NCBI GenBank assembly: GCA_027036135.1
Contig: JALVSY010000007.1
Coordinates: forward strand, 484,880-548,879
DNA: 64,000 bases
Reading direction: 5' to 3'
From: Pyrodictiaceae archaeon
Lineage (GTDB): Archaea > Thermoproteota > Thermoprotei_A > Sulfolobales > Pyrodictiaceae
Shown: one piece after another, positions 58,928 to 64,000 of the stretch
Layout: each line of letters starts with the position of its first letter
Numbering within the stretch: the first letter of the stretch is position 1
Translations under genes and position numbers: made by a program
The notes under the pieces: model-generated
Told to the model about the DNA's origin: nothing
What the model saw: the letters and a program-made list of their open reading frames with translations, nothing else
Databases searched by the model: none

Positions 58928-59847
58928 CAGAGGCTAAGCCCTACTGGGACCCAGGGAGGGTATCGCGCTATACCCGGTTCTCTGCCCTAATGCGCCTAGT
59001 ACGCATAGAGCACACCTTGTTCAGCCTCCCCTTCGCCTATGCTGGCGCAGTCCTAGCCTACGCGGCGGGGCTTGGATGGTGGCAAGCACTCTGGATAGGC
59101 CTCGCGGTCCTCGGGCTCCGGACAGCCGCTATGAGCTTCAACAACATAGCCGACCTAGACATTGACCGGCTTAATCCCCGCACAGCTAAGCGCCCCCTCG
59201 TAACCGGGGCTGTTAGGCTACGCGACGCCTGGCTCCTCGTGATAATCGGTAGCCTGCTCTACTACGCCTCGGCAGCGGCTCTGAACAGGTACGCGCTCGT
59301 CCTTAGCCCAGTACTATGGCTACTAGCCATGACGTATCCCTATGCTAAGCGGGTTCACTGGCTCCCACACATCCACCTAGGCCTAGTACTTGGATTCGTT
59401 GTGTTCGGCGGCGCAGTCGCGACCTATGGCGCGGTGGCGAGGAGCCTCGGCGATGTCCTCGCCCACATTCCGTGGGTCTATGTTGTCGCTGTTGCTCTCT
59501 GGGTGGCTGGCTTCGACACCTACTACGCAATAATGGACATGGACTTCGACAAGAGGATGGGGCTCGGAAGCATACCGGCAAGACTTGGCGCGAGAGGGGC
59601 TCTCTGGGCTAGCCGAGTAATGCACCTAGTCACAGCAGTGCTACTAGTAGCGAGTATACCACTATACCGCCTAGGAGCGATAGGCGCAGCAGGCATAGCG
59701 ATCGGCGTACTGCTCCTCATGTACCAGCACGTTCTCCTAGCACGCGGAGGCCTAGAAGCAATACCTAGGGCCTTTAACACGAACCTTGCCCTGGGCCTCG
59801 TGATAGGCCTGAGCGTGCTCATTGATAAGCTACTACTAATTCTCTAG
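58924..59847 (+). CDS. UbiA family polyprenyltransferase (MqnP-like)
   Basis: EHTLFSLPFAY, NNIADLDIDRLNPRT..RP, YPYAKR, FDTYYAIMD..FD. Confidence 0.92.
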   Translation: MTEAKPYWDPGRVSRYTRFSALMRLVRIEHTLFSLPFAYAGAVLAYAAGLGWWQALWIGLAVLGLRTAAMSFNNIADLDIDRLNPRTAKRPLVTGAVRLRDAWLLVIIGSLLYYASAAALNRYALVLSPVLWLLAMTYPYAKRVHWLPHIHLGLVLGFVVFGGAVATYGAVARSLGDVLAHIPWVYVVAVALWVAGFDTYYAIMDMDFDKRMGLGSIPARLGARGALWASRVMHLVTAVLLVASIPLYRLGAIGAAGIAIGVLLLMYQHVLLARGGLEAIPRAFNTNLALGLVIGLSVLIDKLLLIL

Positions 59848-59893
59848 CTCAACGACATCCAGCTATATTAGGCAAGGGCTCCTCTTCTAACAA

Positions 59894-61024
59894 GTGCCCG
59901 GGATAAGCACCTTGGCGGATCCTCGTGCATCTAGGCTGGCTCGCCTCATAGCAGAGTACTGTGTCTCCATAAGGAAGGGTGATGAGGTAGTAATAAACGC
60001 GGGGCTAGAGGCGCTCCCGCTAGTGAGAGAAGTATACAGAGAAGTCGTTACACGTGGTGGCTATCCGCTCCTAGTGAACCTGGGCGATGAGGTACTGGAT
60101 GAGATAATGTATCGCTACGCGCCCGACGATGTATTGGAGCACGTTAGCCCGGTAGAGGAGGAGCTAGTCAAGCGCATAGACGTGACGATAAACATACTGG
60201 CGCCGAGCCACACAAAGCACCTCACCGGCGTAAACCCTGAGAGAATAGCGAAGAGGAGCAAGGCGAGATTCAACCTAACAAGGATATTCATGGAGAGAAG
60301 CGCTAAGGGGGAGCTACGCTGGACAATAGCGCCTTACCCGACCCGGGCTCTCGCACAGGAAGCAGGTATGAGTATCCTTGAGTACGAGGAATTCGTCTAC
60401 CACGCGACAATGGTTGACCGAGAGGACCCTGTCAAGGCCTGGCAGGAGCAAGCAAAGTGGCAGCAGCGCATAGCGGACTTCCTAAACCGGGTGCACGAGC
60501 TACGCTACCAGGGCCCAGGCATAGACTTCTACATAAGAGTTGATGGCAGGAAGTGGATAAACGATGATGGTCGCTACAATATGCCGGGAGGAGAGGTCTT
60601 CACAGGGCCAATAGAGGATAGTGCAGAGGGCTACATAGAGTTCGACTACCCAGCTATATGGAGAGGCCACGAGGTGGAGGGCGTCAAGCTAGTATTCAAG
60701 AAAGGCGTCGTTGTGGAAGCCCATGCCCGCCGCGGAGAGGACTTCCTCCGCAAAATGCTCGAGACAGACGAGGGGGCAAAGAGGCTAGGAGAGCTAGCAT
60801 TCGGCCTAAACTACAACATAACAAGATTCACTAAGGAGATACTATTCGATGAGAAAATAGGCGGAACAATGCACATTGCCCTTGGAGCATCCTATCCAGA
60901 GACAGGTGGAAAGAACCAGTCAAGCATACACTGGGATATGATAAAGAGCCTACGAAGCCACAAAGTCTACGCAGACGGCGACCTAATATATGAGAACGGC
61001 AAATTCATCGAGGACGTTATATAG
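59894..61024 (+). CDS. M29 (AmpS/AmpT) aminopeptidase
   Basis: NMPGGEVFTGP, LGELAFG, LFDEKIGG.MHIALG, SSIHWDM. Confidence 0.93.
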   Translation: MPGISTLADPRASRLARLIAEYCVSIRKGDEVVINAGLEALPLVREVYREVVTRGGYPLLVNLGDEVLDEIMYRYAPDDVLEHVSPVEEELVKRIDVTINILAPSHTKHLTGVNPERIAKRSKARFNLTRIFMERSAKGELRWTIAPYPTRALAQEAGMSILEYEEFVYHATMVDREDPVKAWQEQAKWQQRIADFLNRVHELRYQGPGIDFYIRVDGRKWINDDGRYNMPGGEVFTGPIEDSAEGYIEFDYPAIWRGHEVEGVKLVFKKGVVVEAHARRGEDFLRKMLETDEGAKRLGELAFGLNYNITRFTKEILFDEKIGGTMHIALGASYPETGGKNQSSIHWDMIKSLRSHKVYADGDLIYENGKFIEDVI

Positions 61025-61290
61025 TCTTGTTAACTAAAAAATCTTTATAAATAACAACACTTTTCTTTCCTTCTTAAGGCCTCTAACCCCATATATTTCT
61101 GGCCTAGGGGGCTCAGAGAAAGCGTTATCAAGGAAGGACATGGCTTCAGTAAACACGTAGCCTAGCACTATCCCATGAATGGCCCCGGACGCGGCTACTG
61201 GTTCCCGGGGCTCCACTAGCTACAGCTTACCCGTCCCGGCCACGTGGCTGGCTAATGATTGGTAATACTCATGAAGGTGTACTATAGGAG

Positions 61291-62091
61291 GTGAGAGGAA
61301 TGTCGGCTATAAAGGTGTCACAAAGCCTTATAGAGAAGTATATAGAGAGTTCTCCCCTCTTGCTTAAGGCCTATAGATTGCTTGAGGAGGATGAGGAGGT
61401 CAACGAGTTACTAAGGGTTAGTAACATAATGGCTGTTGGTAGGCTAAAGTACAATGATCATGGCATTGTACATGCAAGGATAGTATCTGGTACAGCTCTT
61501 CACCTCCTCGACCTCTTGGTGAAGGCTGGTAGGGAGCCATCAACCCTTCGCGACGGTACCGCTAAGAGCATGGATGATGTAAGGCTCATAGTGTTGTTCT
61601 CTGCTTATCTACACGATATTGGCAATTCTGTCCACAGAACGTTTCACGAGTACCTCGGCGCCCTCCTCGCCAAGGATATACTGAATAGGTTGTTACCTGA
61701 GCTGGGTATCCGTGGTAGGAGACTCTATGATATAAGACAAGAGGTCATGCACACGATATTCGCTACAGAGTACAATACTCGCTGCTTAACAATGGAGTGC
61801 GGCATAGTAAAGATAAGCGATGGACTGGACATGGCTGAGGGAAGAGCCCGCGTACCATACAAGATGGGCAAGCTCGATATGCACGCAGTCTCAGCGATAA
61901 GCATTAAGAAGGTAGAGGTTGAGCCCGGAGAGAAGCCAATAAAGATAACAGTGTATATGAGCGATATGGCTGGCCTCTTCCAGGTAGAACAGGTATTAAT
62001 GCCCAAGATAGTGACTAGCTCAATAGACGGCGACGTAGAGGTATACATAAACGTGGATGGCAAGACCCGGAAATACTATCCCAAGGACTAA
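61291..62091 (+). CDS. HD-domain phosphohydrolase
   Basis: NDHGIVH, YLHDIGN, SDGLDM. Confidence 0.88.
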   Translation: MRGMSAIKVSQSLIEKYIESSPLLLKAYRLLEEDEEVNELLRVSNIMAVGRLKYNDHGIVHARIVSGTALHLLDLLVKAGREPSTLRDGTAKSMDDVRLIVLFSAYLHDIGNSVHRTFHEYLGALLAKDILNRLLPELGIRGRRLYDIRQEVMHTIFATEYNTRCLTMECGIVKISDGLDMAEGRARVPYKMGKLDMHAVSAISIKKVEVEPGEKPIKITVYMSDMAGLFQVEQVLMPKIVTSSIDGDVEVYINVDGKTRKYYPKD

Positions 62092-62147
62092 GCTCCCCAC
62101 CACCAACACCTAGCTCTCTGAAGGAACAACAGCTGGTACAAGGGGCT

Positions 62148-62831
62148 ATGAAGAAGCTCAGAATAGTCCTGGTAGAGTCGCCGCTTGAGCTAGTACCCCG
62201 GGAGATATGGAGTCATCCACAGGTAAGGAGATATGCTAAGCGATTCGAGATAGAGCCAGGCGAGACCCTGCTAGACAAGACCTACCATTATTACGCTATG
62301 GCCGGGCTAGAGGAGAAATGGAAGCGCGGTAGACCCGACATAGTGCACTTCTCCCTACTCCTGCTACAGGATAGCCTGCTCAACCAGAGAGGCCTCCTAG
62401 AGACCTATGTACACGTGAGGGATGGACGTGTCTACTACGTTAGGCCCGAGACCAGGCTACCAAAACACTACGATAGGTTCAAGGGGCTCATGGCCCAGCT
62501 ACTAATCCACGACAAGCTCCCACCCGGTAGCGAGGAGCCACTCATAGAGAAAACCGCTGATAACCTAGAGGAGCTAACGAGACGCCTAGGAGGCCTCATA
62601 CTACTCTGGGAGAGAGGCGAGCCAAAGCCCCTCAGCCACATAGTAGAAGAGGCAATTCAGGAAGAACTCCCCATAGGCGTGGGGATGTTCCCGCGAGGAG
62701 ACTTCAGCAAGAAAGCGCTCAGGCTCGCCACGCGCAGGTACCGGCTAAGGGTAAACATGTCCCTCAAGGCATGGAGTGTGCTCCACTACGTCCTCTGCGA
62801 GGCAGAGAAGCAACTAGGAATAAGGCTATGA
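62148..62831 (+). CDS. nep1: Nep1/Emg1 SSU rRNA methyltransferase
   Basis: LELVP, RGRPDIVH, RLPKHYDRFKGLM, GMFPRGDF. Confidence 0.92.
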   Translation: MKKLRIVLVESPLELVPREIWSHPQVRRYAKRFEIEPGETLLDKTYHYYAMAGLEEKWKRGRPDIVHFSLLLLQDSLLNQRGLLETYVHVRDGRVYYVRPETRLPKHYDRFKGLMAQLLIHDKLPPGSEEPLIEKTADNLEELTRRLGGLILLWERGEPKPLSHIVEEAIQEELPIGVGMFPRGDFSKKALRLATRRYRLRVNMSLKAWSVLHYVLCEAEKQLGIRL

Positions 62832-62852
62832 CAGAGACAATAAGGAACCCAG

Positions 62853-63080
62853 TTATACAACGACAGGTATCCGGGCCCTTCTCAGCAGCTCGCGGAACTC
62901 TTCCAGGGAGAGGCCAGCGAGCCTAGCAGCAGTTCTTATATCGCCCTTCTCTATGTAGTATTTGAGTGCTTCTTTTATCCTTGGTGGCTGCTTCTCTATG
63001 AAGTCCCAGTCGGCCATACTCCTCCTAATCCTCCTAGCTTCTTCCTCTTCCTCGAGAATTTCTGCTAGCTCTGCTTGCAT
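62853..63080 (-). CDS. small HTH antitoxin-like protein (UPF0175-like), copy 2
   Basis: AARLAGLSLEEFRELLRRARIP; overlaps the PIN gene end. Confidence 0.7.
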   Translation of the reverse strand: MQAELAEILEEEEEARRIRRSMADWDFIEKQPPRIKEALKYYIEKGDIRTAARLAGLSLEEFRELLRRARIPVVV

Positions 63081-63803
63081 AGCTTCTCTACCTCCTCTAC
63101 TGCTTTGTTTAGCGCCTTAGAGGGGAATATGTGTAGCGTATCATTGCTATACTCGTCGAAAATGCTGCGAGGGTTATCGCAATCCGGTCGTAGTATTCCT
63201 CGCTTTGTTGCCTCCAGGAGTATCTCTAATGCCCTCCACACCTTTACGCCTCTTAATTCTCGTAGAAGCCGTGGCGCTAATAGGGCTGCACGATTCTCGG
63301 TCAATACTATGTAGCCTCTCCTTCTTCCAATAACTAGGCATAGGGCCTCCGGGAGATCCATTGACGGCATTTGTGGGTGGAGGTGGCTCAGCTCGATGAG
63401 TCTACGCGCTTCCTCGATCTCGTCGGGCGAGGGTGTGTAGAGTGCTAGGGCTCCCTGTGCAAGCCCATGCGCAATCCATGCTATTGTGTTTTCGGATTTA
63501 ACCTCGTTCAGTACCTGCTCCGGGACGAATACTGCACGGAAGAGTTGGAAGAGAATGTCTCTACGCCTATAGCGGGCCCAGTCTATAAGGAAGCAAGTAT
63601 CTGCTATCGCGAACATGTTACGCGACATTAGGTATCCTCGCCTTTATGCGTAGCTCGTTGAACTCCTCTATGGTCAGGCCAGCTATGCGGGATGCTACGT
63701 AGAGATCACCGGTCTCTATGTAGTATTTGAGTGCTTCTTTTATCCTTGGTGGCTGCTTCTCTATGAAGTCCCAGTCGGCCATACTCCTCCTAATCCTCCT
63801 AGC
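62948..63803. repeat. identical 91-bp direct repeat (62948..63038 and 63713..63803)
   Basis: Direct base-by-base comparison; encodes ARRIRRSMADWDFIEKQPPRIKEALKYYIE in both small genes. Confidence 0.9.
63065..63628 (-). CDS. PIN-domain protein (DUF3368-like)
   Basis: IADTCFLI, VPEQVLNEV, DLPEAL, VLTEN. Confidence 0.85.
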   Translation of the reverse strand: MSRNMFAIADTCFLIDWARYRRRDILFQLFRAVFVPEQVLNEVKSENTIAWIAHGLAQGALALYTPSPDEIEEARRLIELSHLHPQMPSMDLPEALCLVIGRRRGYIVLTENRAALLAPRLLRELRGVKVWRALEILLEATKRGILRPDCDNPRSIFDEYSNDTLHIFPSKALNKAVEEVEKLCKQS

Positions 63804-63845
63804 CTCCTCGGCGCTAACCACGTAGACGTTCTCTGAAGCAGACAC
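63618..63845 (-). CDS. small HTH antitoxin-like protein, copy 1
   Basis: ASRIAGLTIEEFNELRIKARIP; overlaps the PIN gene start. Confidence 0.7.
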   Translation of the reverse strand: MSASENVYVVSAEEARRIRRSMADWDFIEKQPPRIKEALKYYIETGDLYVASRIAGLTIEEFNELRIKARIPNVA

Positions 63846-64000
63846 GCTTGCCCCCTAACTTGTTTAAGAACCTTGTAGCGGGTTTTAGCCTTATAGCGGA
63901 AAAGGAAGGAGCCATGCTCTGCTTGGGCATCGCTGTGGTTTACTAGGTTCTTGTATGCTATGGCCTTAGTCTGGGTACTCTCGTGGCTAGCTCGGAAAGA

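Overview
Archaeal chromosomal DNA, by inference from a hyperthermophilic Thermoproteota (Desulfurococcales/Pyrodictiaceae-like: PaREP-type families, Nep1, CTA/AGG-rich codon usage). Positions 1-53.1 kb form a mosaic accessory island ending at the 3' end of a tRNA-Ser(GGA). It holds 11 GT2/GT4 glycosyltransferases (one interrupted), a flippase, an FkbM methyltransferase, the rmlABDC dTDP-rhamnose operon and an AT-rich foreign cassette. It also holds a divergent sulfate-activation cluster (TauE, CysC, Sat, an AlkP-superfamily protein, two RHH proteins with ERLxxLGY tails, and a DHH phosphoesterase nearby), many toxin-antitoxin modules and remnants, an ABC-ATPase + TOPRIM-like gene pair and several dispersed paralogous repeat genes. 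Right of the tRNA are housekeeping-type genes (YbhB, ABC transporter, UbiD, UbiA, aminopeptidase, HD protein, Nep1) and an antitoxin-PIN-antitoxin triplet. Best candidate for an undescribed system: PAPS-dependent surface-glycan sulfation with no canonical sulfotransferase in the window, possibly performed by Thr-nucleophile AlkP-fold enzymes. All calls are from motif recognition by eye; no searches were run.
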